Assembly: GCA_964016885.1 (NCBI GenBank)
Contig: CAXHJY010001300.1
Span: 1-64,000 of the forward strand
Reading direction: 5' to 3'
Source: Eledone cirrhosa
Taxonomy: Eukaryota
DNA: 64,000 nucleotides
Shown here: one piece after another, positions 13,140 to 26,266 of the stretch
How the letters are laid out: each line of letters starts with the position of its first letter
How positions within the stretch are numbered: the stretch's first letter is position 1
Position numbers and translations under genes: made by a program
Notes under the pieces: generated by a model
The model's database searches: none
Seen by the model: only the letters and a program-made list of their open reading frames with translations
What the model was told of the DNA's origin: nothing

Positions 13140-16100
13140 CAGGAGACATCGGATGCAAGGGAGGCCCATCTTACTGCCCAGCGCACTCGCGACCAACGCT
13201 CACGTCTCGAGGAGACTCCGGAGGCAAGGGAGGCCCGTCTTGCTGCCGACCGCAATCAGCGCCAACCCTCACTCCTCGAGGAGACTCCGGAGGCAAGGGA
13301 GGCCCGTCTTTCTGCCCAGCGCGATCAGCGCCAACGCTCACGTCTCGACGAGACTCCGGAGGCAAGGGAAGAAAGGCTGGCAGGTAGACGGCGTAAACGT
13401 CAAGAAAATGCTGCTACTACAAGGGATACTTTTTGCTTAAAAGCTGGCTTTAACTACAATCCTTCTGATGATTACACCAATCACCCGGAGTTGGCTCTTG
13501 GAAAAATGGATAAGGTATGTCAGTCCTGTGGGGCTAAGAAGTGGGTCGGTGAGGCTCCAGATCTTTGCTGTTCCGGGGGCAAAGTTCGACTTCAGGCGCT
13601 GGCTGATCCTCCTGATTTACTGCAAAATCTTCTCACTGGTAATTCTGACCACGGAGTGAAGTTTCGCAAAAGCATTTGGAGATACAATTCATGCTTTGCT
13701 ATGACATCATTTGGTGTAAGGGATGGCAGAAACAACAAAAAGAACAACAACAGCAACAACACCGGTGTCGCCAGCAATTGTGACAACAACGAAGAAAGAA
13801 AGAAAAACTTTACACTTACAAAATTCAAGGTCAGTGTTACCACCTAATGGGAAGCCTTCACCCACAGCTAGGCGAGGAGCCTAAGTTCCTTCAGGTATTC
13901 TTCATGGGCGGGAATGATCAGGAAGTTTCCCAAAGATGCAAGATAAATTCATCTGTTGATGGGAACATTGTTGCGGAACTTCAAACTATGCTCCATGTAA
14001 CCCATCCGTACGTCCGTAACTTGAAGAGTGCTTTGGAGCTTTTGGACTCTAGACATGAGATGAAATTGGTCATCAGAGCTGACAGATGACCTGCGGGTGG
14101 GCATCCTGGATGTTTCAACGCTCCAACTATCAACGAGGTAGCAGAAATCATGGTTGACGAAAATCATGGAGCACGTGACATCATTCAGCATCGCAATAAC
14201 AGACTGACGTTCGTTGCAGAAACCCATCGGTCGTACGATTACTTGCAGTACCCTCTTCTTTTTCCCTACGGCGAGGACGGCTACAACTTCGAGATTCCCA
14301 CAATTGATCTGAAAAGTCTTGCTGCTTTACCAAAGAAAGTTTCCGGCATGGATTTTTATGCATACCGACTCATGATGAGAGACGGTCAATTCAACCAACT
14401 ACTTAGGTTCAAAGAGGTGACAAACCAGTTCTTGGTTGATATGTACGCAAAGATTGAAGCAGAACGTCTTCTGTACATACGTACCCATCTTAAGGATGCT
14501 TTGCAGCGTGATGGTGACGCAACCAATGTTGGGCATCAGGTGATCTTTCCTTCAAGCTTTAGTGTCTCACCCGGTACATGCATAAACGGACACAGGATGC
14601 CATGGCGTATGTCCGTAAGTTTGAGCGGTCGGATCTTTTTATTACCTTCACATGTAATCCTAGTTGGGTGGAGATTAGGGAGAATATATTCGCAGGCCAG
14701 GTGACGAGTGACAGGCATGATATTACAGCCAGAGTGTTCCACGGAAAGTTGAAGAAACTAATGTACTTGCTGAAAGATAAGGCCATCTACGGACAACTCA
14801 ATGCTTGGATGTATACTGTGGAATGGCAGAAGCGGGGTCTTCCACACACACATATTCTTATTTGGTGCAAAGAACGAATCAGACCTACGGACAAGGATCG
14901 CGTTATATGTGCAGAGTTACCCGATCCCCAAATTGATTTGCAGCTTTACAACATTGTGCTGGCTAATATGATATATGGACCCTGTGGTGCCCTTAACAGC
15001 TAAAATTCATGCATGGAGGGGAACAAGTGCACCAAACACTACCCCAGAGCCTTCACCAGGGAAACTTGCACTGGGGTTGACGGCTACTCCATCTACCGGC
15101 GGCGTGCTCCCGATTTTGGCGGCCTTTCGGCTAGGATTAAGAAGAAAGGGAAAGAATACGACATTGACAACAGCTGCGTGCGTGAAGCACGGGCTACTCG
15201 AGGATGATGCCCACCTGAGGCTGCTGAATGTAAGATGCCTCGAGAAATGAGACGTCTGTTTTGCATGATGCTATTGTTCTGCGGCATAGGCGAGCCCTTT
15301 AAGATTTGGGAAACGCATAAGGACAACATGTCAGAGGACATCCTCCGTAGACTACGAGCAGAAGATCCAGCGGTTGGCTTTGCTTTCAACGACGCGGTGT
15401 ACAATGAGGCCCTCATCGACATGGAACACCATCTTAAAGCTCTTGGAGTTGGCAGTGTATCTGATTTCGGTTTGCCACAACCTCGAAACACTCACAGTGC
15501 TTTAGATGGGGAGTTCATGTGTGAGTTAAATTACAACATTGACGATATGACACATCAGGTAGCCCAGGACGAACCCAGTCTTTTGCATGACCAGAGACGG
15601 GCATATGTAGAATTATTTCCAGTGTCAATTCAAATGAGGGACGGCTATTTTTCCTGGATGCTCCTGGCGGAACAGGAAACACTTTTCTCATCAACTTTTT
15701 GCTTGCGAAGCTACGAAAAGACAAGCGGATTGCTTTAGCGGTCGCCCCCAGTGGTATTGCAGCGACACTGCTACATGGCGGTCGTACGGCACACTCCGCA
15801 TTCAAATTGCCTTTGGACATTGCAAAGAAGGAGAATCCTACATGTAGAATATATCGTGGCGACCTTAAAGCACATCTTTCTGAGTGCTGCCTGATCATAT
15901 GAGACGAGGCTACCCTGAGTCACAAGGTGGCCTTTGAGGCTCTGGATCGAACTCTCAAGGACTTGCGTCGGAACTCACGCGTCATGGGTGGAGCGACAGT
16001 ACTGCTGGCTGACGATTTCAGACAGACGCCTCCTGTTATCACTAGAGGCACTAGAGCTGACGAAGTGAACACGTGCATCAAGTCGTCCTACTTATGGCAG

Positions 16101-16940
16101 TATGTCCACAAACTACATCTGACTACCAACATGAGAGTGCATGTGCATGGTGACGCAGACTCCATCGATTTCTCAAAACATCTACTGGAAGTTGGTATTG
16201 GTAATGGAACTACACCTGGAGGGGATGAAGAGCATATCCGTTTGCCTTTTGGGAACTTTGTGTCAAACATTGACGAATTAATGTCATCTGTATTTCCAGA
16301 CCTTGAATCACGATTCCATGATCACACCTGGCTGAAAGGGAGAGCTATTTTGGCACCACACAATGCCACTGTTGACGTGATGAACCAAAAACTACTCGAT
16401 CAGATTCCTAAAAATGAAGTCTCCTTCAAGTCGATTGACACCAATAAAAACGCGGACGACGCCGTCATCTACCCAATTGAATTCCTCAACAGTCAACTAC
16501 CTCCAGGACTTCCTCCTCATAATCTGAAACTAAAGGTTGGTGTGCCAGTTATTCTGCTGATAAACCTGGATGCACCAGAACTATGCAACGGAACGCGTTT
16601 AATCATAAAAAAAATAAGGACCCAAATTCTGGAGACAACCATTTTGAGCGGGCCCGCTGCTGGCGTGACCAGGTTAATTACCCCTATGAGCCTTAATCCC
16701 TCTGACGTCCCCTATGAATTTACGCGACGGCAGTTTCCCATAAAACTCTGCTTTGCAATGAGCATTAACAAAGTACCAGGACAATCGCTGCAAGTGGTTG
16801 GCCTAAATCTAACACAGCAGGTATTTTCCCATGGTCAACTATACGTCGGATGCTCCCGCGTCGGCAGTCCACACAATCTCTTCATTTGTGGTAACCCGGG
16901 CAACACCAGGAACGTTGTCTACAAAGAAGCCCTGCTTTGA
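13140..16940 (+). pseudogene. Helitron RepHel (HUH Rep plus Pif1 helicase) pseudogene
   Basis: Zn motif CQSCGAKKW..CCSGGKV; Rep motifs DLFITFTCNP and VEWQKRGLPHTHIL; helicase motifs DAPGGTG, APSGIAATLL.GGRTAHSAFKLP, DFRQ, QFPIKLCFAMSINK and FSHGQLYVGCSRV. It carries stops, frameshifts and an internal deletion near 15175. Confidence 0.95.
13145..13370 (+). repeat. About 69-bp coding tandem repeat (about 3.3 units) in the RepHel N-terminus
   Basis: GAGACTCCGGAGGCAAGGGAGGCCCGTCTT... repeats, encoding ETPEAREARL-type units. Confidence 0.85.
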
Positions 16941-17481
16941 ACCCTACTCCACCCAACGTCTCTCTTTCAAACCACTCTCTTCACGTCGCCTCTCAACTTA
17001 TTAACTTAATAAAAAGTGGCCCCGAGTAGCCCCGAGCGCAACCGGGATCAGCTGCTAGTATATATATATATATGGGGGACTGTGATCTATATACACTGGT
17101 CATAGACACACACACACACATATACACACACACTCACATATATATATACACACAACAACACCACCAACTCTCTCTCTCTTCCATTCTCCTTCTCTGTCTC
17201 CTCTCCCTCTCTCTGTGTCCCTCTTTCAATCTACTCTCTCACAACCACTATCTCTTTTTCCCTATCTTTCTCTCTCTCTGTGTTTATGAAGGTACCCGGA
17301 AAACCCCCATATCTCCGGGACCCGTGCTCCGATTTACGCGAAACTTGTTTTATTCCATTTGTATCCCCATTTCAGGGTCAACTTCCTTTCAAAGTATTTT
17401 CCCATTATGCACCCTTTTGGCTGTATTACATTACAGACAAGCAAACAAGCAAGCAATCACATAGTTTTAGTAGTACATAGA

Positions 17482-18175
17482 TGATGGTGTTTTTGGTGGT
17501 GTATTGTTCTTGTTAACATCTCTGTTATCACCAAGATAATATTTCACTGTCGTTGCCAGAGCATATAGGCAGACATTGATTTGCCAAAAATGTGGGGGCC
17601 TTAATTTTGTTAATAGCACGCAGAATTTCATTATTTGGTTTCTTGCTTAATATCGTTCTTCGAAAGAAATATTTGTATATGAATTAATTTCTTTCTGGAA
17701 AGTTTCGCTGAGGGTATATTTCAATTGTTGATACTCTTGACTTTTCCAGCTAATGGCTGACATATTATCATTGACAGTGTTTTGATGTTGATGATCAACG
17801 TGACTGTGAATTACCATAGCAGTCAGGATAAAATCAATTGGTACATGTGGTGTCAAATTTCTTATCGACATGGCTGTTTCAAGGGACTGTTAGTGTATTG
17901 CTGTTGTTTGTAGATGATCGGCCTGGCTGCTAGAACACCTAGTAACACGGCGGCCTGTAGCACGTGTTGATCGTATGTTTGATCTGGGGGAGACTTGCTT
18001 TGAATAATGTTTATATCATTTGTACGTTCGACGAACGTTGATTGTTGGTGTAATTGTTTGGCTGTGAAGGAATTTAGTTCTGGATGTATTTTGTCCGAGC
18101 ATAGCTTCATTCTGTTCATATAGCCAACAGAGATTTTTTTGCCATTTTATAACAATTAAATATCGATTCCTGTAT
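17482..18175 (-). mobile_element. N-terminal part of the R4/Dong-like element
   Basis: GYMNRMK...IHPELNSFTAKQL..Q resembles the R4 N-terminal region. It is on the same strand as, and directly across the Helitron from, 9860-11848. Confidence 0.55.
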
Positions 18176-18277
18176 TTATTTTTCGACTGTGGTACTTATT
18201 TATCGATCCCTTTTTGTCAAGCGTCTAGGTTACGAGACACAAACGTAAATCACACACAGATGGACACATATGTATAC

Positions 18278-18458
<181 letters not shown>

Positions 18459-18646
18459 ATTGAAAAAAATATTTTGGAACGAAAAAATAAGGATTTACTG
18501 GATAAAGAGCATTCGTAACATAAACATATATATAAAAGAAAATTAAAAAGTTCATAACTATGTGTTCATGAATATGTGTACACAGAGACATTACCGTCAT
18601 AAATGTGAAACGTTCTTAAACTGTTAGTCGTGGGGTGAGGAGTGGC

Positions 18647-18678
<32 letters not shown>

Positions 18679-19214
18679 ACTCTTACAAGTTCAATTAATT
18701 GGTTGTACTGGAAAACCTATGTCTTTAAGAACGGGATTAGAACATTTGCAGGCATAAAACGGATGTAAATCTTAGACGGACCACCAATGACCAGCGTAAC
18801 ATTATGTCCGAGAAAATAAAGCAACTATTGAGAGATCAAAACTGACGGCTCAAGTTAAGAAAGTAACAGAAAGAGTTATAACAACCCTGATTAGAAAGTG
18901 AATTAACATAGTTAAGATGCAGGTCTCTTTCTAAAGAGACAAGCGGAAGAAAAGTTCTTAGCTAAGAGTAAGCCACTCTATCTATCGTCCGTTGATCTAC
19001 AAAAAGGTTTCACGTCCTGTAATTTGGTGGTCGCTAAGAAAACTAGCGGCAGATAAATGGCATGTGAGAATCCTGCACGCCATGTAAAGAAATGCTGCCA
19101 GTAAAATGACAATCAGCAATAAGTTCAGCAAGGAATTTAATGCGCAGGTCGGTGTAGATCGGTGTCTATAAAAAGCTCGGTCCTCATTCAGCTTCTGTTT
19201 ATTATAGTTCTCCA

Positions 19215-19285
19215 AACCATAAAGGAGGAAATTAAGACTGGCTGTCGAAGGGAACTCGTTTATGCCGATGATCTTGTTATCATAA
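19215..19285 (+). pseudogene. Small RTE RT fragment (YADD region)
   Basis: [15 protein letters not shown], similar to 33670-33720. Confidence 0.7.
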
Positions 19286-19467
19286 AATTCAGTTGATGCT
19301 GACTCTCTTCCTCGAATAACGAGACGTTATGTGCCACAAATACGCTCAACAAAGACAAACAGTTACAAAGAGTACTAACAGGAATTCCTCTGACGTCTTC
19401 GTGATGCAAGAGACCAGATTTATGAGCCTCACAAAATTGGCAGCTGTAATTATATATATGTATGTAA

Positions 19468-19552
<85 letters not shown>

Positions 19553-19639
19553 TACATATATACACATATATATACATATATACATATATATATGCACATA
19601 TATATATGTATGTAAATATATATGTATATATACAATATA

Positions 19640-21585
19640 TTAATAAATGGAAACTATATTTATAAAACCATAATTATTTTATTATATATATTTCAAGGGC
19701 AATCAAGGCAGTCTTGGTGCGCTTTTATCAGATAAAATACAAAATTTATTTTATAAATAGTGACATAGCCATGGAAAACAACCTTGACGGTTGAAAATTC
19801 GCTAGATAGTGAAACATTTTATTGAGGGTAATTCAAAGTTCTGTGTGAATATCCAAATGAATGTCCGAAAAATTGAAAAAAAACAACCGTTTATTTAAAT
19901 TACGCTTTGGGAAGAAGAGAGAGAAAAAAGAAGAGAGAGAAAAGAAAAGAATGGAGAAAGAGTGAAGAAAGAAGCTTATCCGAGGATGAGTTCATATAAC
20001 GTAAATACGTCTTATGTTTATGTTACATATTTATATTACGTATATTTACTAATAATTGTTAGAATTCTATTATAATAAATATTTATTTACTATTATAAGT
20101 ATATAGAAAATTATATATAGAAAAAATAAAGATATATTAAAAATAAAAATAAAGATATATTAAAATATATTAAGATATATTAAAATATATCAAAATATAT
20201 TAAAATATATTAAAAATAGATTTAAATAAATGTGAAGTGGAAGCATAGGATAAAATGTAGATATAAGGATAGATATATGAGTAGATAGATGGGTATATCA
20301 TGTTATAGGTGATAAATTATGAGGGATACTAGTTTATATTTAGTGTAAGTATTTAAATTAAATTAAGTTAAATTAAATTAACTGAGTCAATAAGATTACT
20401 TATATTTTCTAATGTTTTACATTGGAAAAATATTGAAAATCCCAGTTTTGTTTATTTATTAGTTATTATGAGATAATTTTGACAAAGATATGTTTAAAGA
20501 TATATTTAGCCAGAGTTAGATATTGGTTATAACTCTAATATAATTACAAAAAATTACAATAATTACAAAAAATTACAAAAAATTACAAACATTAAAAAAT
20601 TAATTAAAAGTATAAGAAAATACTAAAACCCTTTAAAAATTAAGACTATAAAATATTAACATTTCTAGACAAAATTCTTAAAAATTCCTGGAAAAACTTT
20701 CAAAGAGATTTTAAAAAAATTTCCCAAAGACTCCGAAGATACTCAAAAACCTTTTAAAAACATTTAAAAAGTGTTTAAAATTAATTAAAAACCTAAAATT
20801 ATTCAGGAAATATAATTAAAAACCTAAAATTATTCAAAAATATAAAGAATATTAAAAAATATTAAAAAATACTTTAAAATATTTTAAAATATTTAAAAAT
20901 ATTAGAAAAATAGTAAAAAAAATATATTAAAAATATTAAGGTGACACAAAAACTAGTTTTTGTGGAAATAAGTAATTTAAAAAAAATTTAAAGTAATTTT
21001 TCTAAAAAGATTATGAGATATTTTGGAAGTAAGATAAATAAAGATGAAAAATAAAGATATTTAAGAAGTAAAAATATTAAAAAGTAAAAATTTAAGAAGT
21101 AAAATATTTAAGAAGTACAATATATATATTTAAGAAGTAAAAGATATTAAAATTAGAATTACATTAAATTTAAATTTAAAGATTTAGAATTTATGAACAT
21201 ATATGCATATAATTTAAGAAATGAGGTTATAGGTGTTTGGATAAAGTAAACATTATGTAGAGAAGATTTAACGTGTAATTATATTTTATATATAGATCTA
21301 AAAGTTGAGTTTTGGCGATGTTTACAAGAACTAAATAAATTGTTACGTAAATTAATGGAGTTCTTACATTTAAGTATGAAGAAAATTTCTCCAACACACA
21401 AATTGCAAAAGTTGGATAAAGCTGTGTTTTTGTAAGCAGGTGCTTATGAAATTATATTCCAAGATAAAGAATAGTCTCTACTTTTGGATTTTAAGTTCCA
21501 TATCAAGTTGGATAGAGAAGTTGAAGATTTTTTACAAAATCTCGTTTCAATAACCATAAATGCTCGTTTAATAATATTGGTAAAA
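19640..21585 (-). mobile_element. 5'-truncated Penelope-like element with a long AT-rich 3' region ending in an HHR
   Basis: Minus strand at about 21300-21540 reads STSLSNLIWNLKSK..YSLSWNIIS*APAY...CNLCVGE..ILK...INLRNNLFSSCKHR, which matches the PLE endonuclease C-terminus. The HHR is at 19675-19739. Confidence 0.7.
19675..19739 (-). ncRNA. Hammerhead ribozyme with a G8A core substitution (probably impaired)
   Basis: UAUUUUAU-CUGAUAA-[AAG.GCA/UGC.CUU, CAAG/CUUG]-GAAA-U-AUAU-A-UA|AUAAAAUA, with an 8-bp helix I. Confidence 0.65.
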
Positions 21586-21589
21586 AATC

Positions 21590-24440
21590 TTCATGCCCGT
21601 CTAGCTGCTAACAGAGCCCAAACAGCTTTAGCACGAGCACACCATTTGGATGAAAGGGAAAAAAAGACTGCTGCTACACGAGAACAACAAATTAAGGAAC
21701 AGCAGTAAATCAGACGAAATGTTAATCAAGCTACTGTCGAGCGGGAGAACAAACCACAAGTAAAATGAACTGGCTGATGGGTGCTTTTTCTTATGACACC
21801 CATTGGGAAAATGAACAAATGCTGCCAGTATTGTGGTGCCAAGACGTGGGCAGCAGAAACACAAAGTCTATGCTGCTCAAAAGGCAAAGTGAGCCTTAAG
21901 ACAATACAAGAACCTCCTGAATTTCTGAAGAATCTGCTCCTTCAACATATACCTGAAGCACGACACTTCAATAAATACATCATAAACTATAATTCTGCCT
22001 TTCAAATGACATCTTTTGGGGCTGATAGGAATGTGATTGACTTTAGATTCTGTACAACAAAATTCAGAGACAGTGTTACCACTTAATGGGTGGCCTTCTG
22101 CTACTTTCACAGGAGCCTCGCAAATTTGTGCAGGTTTATGGGTGGAAATGAAACACAGGCACAACAAATATATACCAAGGTCCATAGTGATTGCAGTTCT
22201 ACATAGTCACAAAGTTACAAGAAATGTTTCGCCAACATCACATGTACGTCAGTATATTTAAATATGCACTGGAGTATATGAACACCAGAGATCGTAAAAT
22301 CATCATTAGGGCAGACAAACGCCCAGATTCAGAACATGAATGCAGATTCAATGCACCTGTCACTGATGAAGTTGCAGTCATAATTGTTTCTACTTTTGGC
22401 ACGAGGCCAGCAATTACCCAGTGCATTACAGGTACTTTATTTTATCGACCCCGTAAGGATGAAAGGCAAAGTTAACCTCGGCGGGATTTGAACTCAGACC
22501 GTAAAGGGACGTAACTACGCTGGAAAGCATGGCGTCCGATACTGCCAATCCACCGCAGTCATAATGATTGATGAACAGCATGAACGACGTGACATTGTTT
22601 TGCAAAAACAAAGTGGACATTTAGAGCGAATTTGTGAAACTCATAGAGCCTATGATTCACTCCAATATCCGCTCCTCTTTTGGAATGGTCAAGATGGATA
22701 TCATTTTGAGCTACGGCAGATCAGCCCAGGAACGGGACAAGAGACTGGCCGATCAATCAGCTGCAAAGAATTCCATGCTTATCATTTCATGGTACGTGAT
22801 CACTTCAACCAAGTTCTGTGATTCAAAGAAGTAACCAGCCAGTTCATGGTGGACATGTATGCCAAAATTGAAACAGAAAGATTGGGTTTTCTGCGAAGGA
22901 ATCAAACTAAGTTGAGGGCAGATAACTACATCCACATTAGAGATGCCATCAATTCTGATGTTGACGCAAAAAATATTGGCCAGCCAGTCATACTACCATC
23001 AAGCTTCACGGGAGGACCACGTTACATGCATGAACGTACGCAAGATGCAAAGGCTTATGTCAGAAAATTTGGTCGGCCAGATCTCTTCATTACATTTACA
23101 TGCAATTCAAACTGGTCAGAAATATCAAGTGAATTATTTCAAAATCAAAAACCAAAGGATCGACATGATCTCATTGCTCGGGATTTCCATAGAAAGCAAA
23201 AAAAACCCAAAAAACTCATCTGGCTCCTAAAAGAAGGAAGAATCTTTGGTGAGCTTAGTGCTTGGATGACCACTATTGATTGGCAGAAGAGAGGTCTGCC
23301 TCTCTCTCATACACTAATCTGGTGCAAGGAGAAGATAAGACCAGATGATGTTGATAAGATAAGTTGCCTGATAAAGGGGGTGATCCAGAGCTCTTTGAAA
23401 CCATCAAGTCCAAACTCATTCATGGTCCATGTGGAGTCATCAATCCAGCCTCTCCCTGCATGAAAGATAAAAAATGCAGCAAATATTATCCTAGAGCTTT
23501 TATTCGGGAAACTCGGACTGACAATAATGGATACTCCCTTTATCGTAGGCGATAATGCAAGCCTAACAGTTCGAGGAGAGGAGCTGACCATAAACAATCA
23601 GTGGGTCGTCCCATTTAACAATTTGTTGTGTTAACTTTTAAAAGCTCATATCAATGTAGAGTACTGCAGCTCCGTCAAGGCAATCCTATATGTCACAAAA
23701 TATATCAACAAGGGAAGAGACATGGCTACCTTTATTACTGACAAAGAACTCAATGATGGTTGGCTGGATGAGGTCAAACGGTATCAAACAGGTCGATACA
23801 TCTCCAGCAATGATGCTATCTGGCGAATCTTTGGATTTGATATCCACCAACGCCACCCAACAGTGGTCAACCTCGCAGTCCATATGGAAAATGGACAGAG
23901 AGTGTACTTCACTGAGATCACTGCTCATCAGTTGGCACAATCATCACACGACACCACATTAACTGCTTTCAGCAGCATCACATGGCACCACACTAACTGC
24001 TTTCGGCATTGCAGCAACACTTCTGGATGGAGGAAGAATTGCACACTCCATGTTTAAGCTGCCAATAGATCTCACACGGCATGAACAATCTTTTTACAAC
24101 ATCAAGAAGAACTCACTCAATGGGCAAGCTTCTGCAAACATGCAAGATGATAATTTGGGATGAAGCTACTATGAGCCATAAAGGAGCAATTGAAGCTTTG
24201 GGCCGGACGATAAGGGATCTGAGAGAAAATAGTTGCATAATGGGAGGAGTGACAATGGTTCTTGCTGGTGATTTCAGACAAACTCTGCCTGTAATTCTTC
24301 GAGGGACTCGAGCTGATCAGGTCAATGCCTGTCTGATAACATCCTATCTCTGGTCCCACTTTCAGCTGCTGAACCTTACAACCAACATGTAAGTGCACTT
24401 AACTGGCGACGAAGGTGCAAAGTCCATTTCAAATCACAAA
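21590..24440 (+). pseudogene. Second decayed Helitron RepHel
   Basis: CQYCGAKTW..CCSKGKV, YDSLQYPLLF, LPSSFTGGPRYM, DLFITFTCN, WQKRGLP, YVTKYINKG (Rep motif 3), IIWDEATM and GDFRQTLPV. Many lesions, and no intact termini were seen. Confidence 0.92.
22381..22556 (-). mobile_element. Near full-length SINE inserted in the Helitron ORF
   Basis: TSD GCAGTCATAAT at 22374-22384 and 22555-22565. Confidence 0.9.
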
Positions 24441-25099
24441 CAACTGTCTTACACACATACATGTGTGTGTATGTATCTATGTGAGCCACTATACCTGTTG
24501 GTATAGCTAATAGAAATAGAAAACAAATCTCCCTCAAACAAGATCCTACTGCCATAGAGGCAAAGATTAGTGAAAGCTAGAGTGTACAAATTTAAATACA
24601 CTTTCCCCAAATTACAGAAATGAGTAAGTAAATGCTTCATTCAATAAACCAATACTAAATTTATTTTTTTATTTTATTTATGGTTTTTAAAATAGTCTTT
24701 AAATGTTGTTTGAATTTCAGAAGTTCAGATTGAGCAAAAAAAAAAAAAAAAAGAAAGAAAAGGATAAATAAAAAAAATCTAAATGTATTTTTTGGGTCAT
24801 ACCCTTTTCACTGATAACATCCCTAATGATTCATCTATGAGTAAAGCATTATATATATGCTGACTGTAATAGGGAACAGTATTCAAAAAATAACCACTGG
24901 ATAAAACTAATATTTTTATCTAGATGATTTACTTTGACTAAACGGCAATAAATATTCTGCTATAATTCCTACTTTGGTTAAAATTCAGCAATCATATTTG
25001 AATGGTCAAATATTTTGTAATTTGCGCCAAATATATTGTAACTTTCATAAAATACCCAGGTATCACCGGGTAGCTCAGCTAGTATATATATATATATAT

Positions 25100-25308
25100 A
25101 TACACGATCAACCTTCGCCAAATCGAACTGAGGAAATAATGTTTTTCCAATTGCTAATACTCTCAATCGGTCGCAACTCCAGGTAGAAGGAGCAACGTGA
25201 AATAAAGTGTCTTGCTCAAGGACATAATGCATCGCCTGGTCCAGGAATCGAACTCATAACCTCCCGATTGCGAATCCAATTCTCTTACCACTCAGCCACG
25301 TGCCTTCA
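25100..25308 (-). mobile_element. Second tRNA-derived SINE family fragment
   Basis: Box A TGGCTGAGTGG and box B GAGTTCGATTCC, followed by CCTTGAGCAAGACACTT. Confidence 0.7.
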
Positions 25309-25315
25309 CACGTAC

Positions 25316-25408
<93 letters not shown>

Positions 25409-25409
25409 A

Positions 25410-25775
25410 ACAGATTAATTATGCTGATAAAACACTTAGACTGTCTACTATAAATAATTGTTTCTATATTTGGCACAATGCCGCAATTATTCCAGTGCAT
25501 TACTGGTGCTTTATTTTATCGACACCGTAAAGATGAAAGGCAAAGTTAACCTCGGCGGGATTTCAACTCAGATCGTAAAGGCCAGTAACTCTATGCTGCA
25601 AAACATGACGTCCGACCCTCTACCAATACTGCCAATTTACCGCCATTGTCTACTATGAATAATGCTACATCTAACTACAATAATGTATTAAACAGATCTC
25701 AAAACACTAACACTCAAATATCTAATTGCAATTGTAGAGTTCCTGACTCTTGCCCACTTAAGTCATGTTGTTGTA
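25410..25775 (+). mobile_element. PLE fragment (RT-endonuclease Zn linker) interrupted by a SINE at about 25453-25646
   Basis: KTLRLS|TMNN...CNCRVPDSCPLKSCC contains the CxC..CPL..C linker of Neptune-type PLEs. The SINE is flanked by TGTCTACTAT(A/G)AATAAT. Confidence 0.65.
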
Positions 25776-26198
25776 ATAATTGTTTCTACTTTTTGACACA
25801 AGGCCAGCAATTACCCAGTGCATTACTGGTAATTTATTTTATCGACCTCGTAAGGATGAAAGGCAAAGTTAACCTTGACTTATAAATAATATTATATATA
25901 TGTGTAAAGTCTCAATATTTAATTACACTTACAATTTCATAGGAGCATCACATTTCCATTCTTTTAAGAATGAAAAATTGTACTTCCTTAACTAAATTAA
26001 TCTGGCGTTTAACAAACGATAACATAAGGTACTCTCTTAAGTGGGATGTTATTAACTTTGTTTGACTGAAATATTAGGAATAATTACTTCAAAAATTATT
26101 TCTCAGTCCACATTTTATCCTTTCCTTTACAAATTAATTATACCCATAACAGTAATGGTTACATCCTTATTTAATCGTTTTTATCAACACATAGAGAA

Positions 26199-26235
26199 TC
26201 TTCTTCTTCTTCTTCTTCTTCTTCTTCTTCTTCTT

Positions 26236-26266
<31 letters not shown>

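Larger units (their letters stand above)
12084..17058 (+). mobile_element. Helitron (autonomous-derived, decayed)
   Basis: 5' A|TCTATTATATAAA at 12084, with a second 5'-like start at about 12645. The 3' end has hairpin CCCG..CGGG and CTAG|T at 17055-17058. It encodes RepHel remnants. Confidence 0.85.
11849..17481 (-). mobile_element. Non-autonomous Helitron split by the nested insertion 12084-17058
   Basis: The minus-strand 3' end has hairpin TGACCC-AAC-GGGTCA plus CTAG at 11849-11852, and the 5' end is TCTATGTACTAC at 17481. The halves 11849-12080 and 17060-17481 are collinear with the unsplit copy at 60987-61550. Confidence 0.75.

Noticed and set aside
13464-13475. CTGATGA motifs in Helitron/RTE coding remnants (also about 22363 and 39268)
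   Set aside because: There is no matching helix I/II or downstream GAAA-NUH, so these are chance matches.
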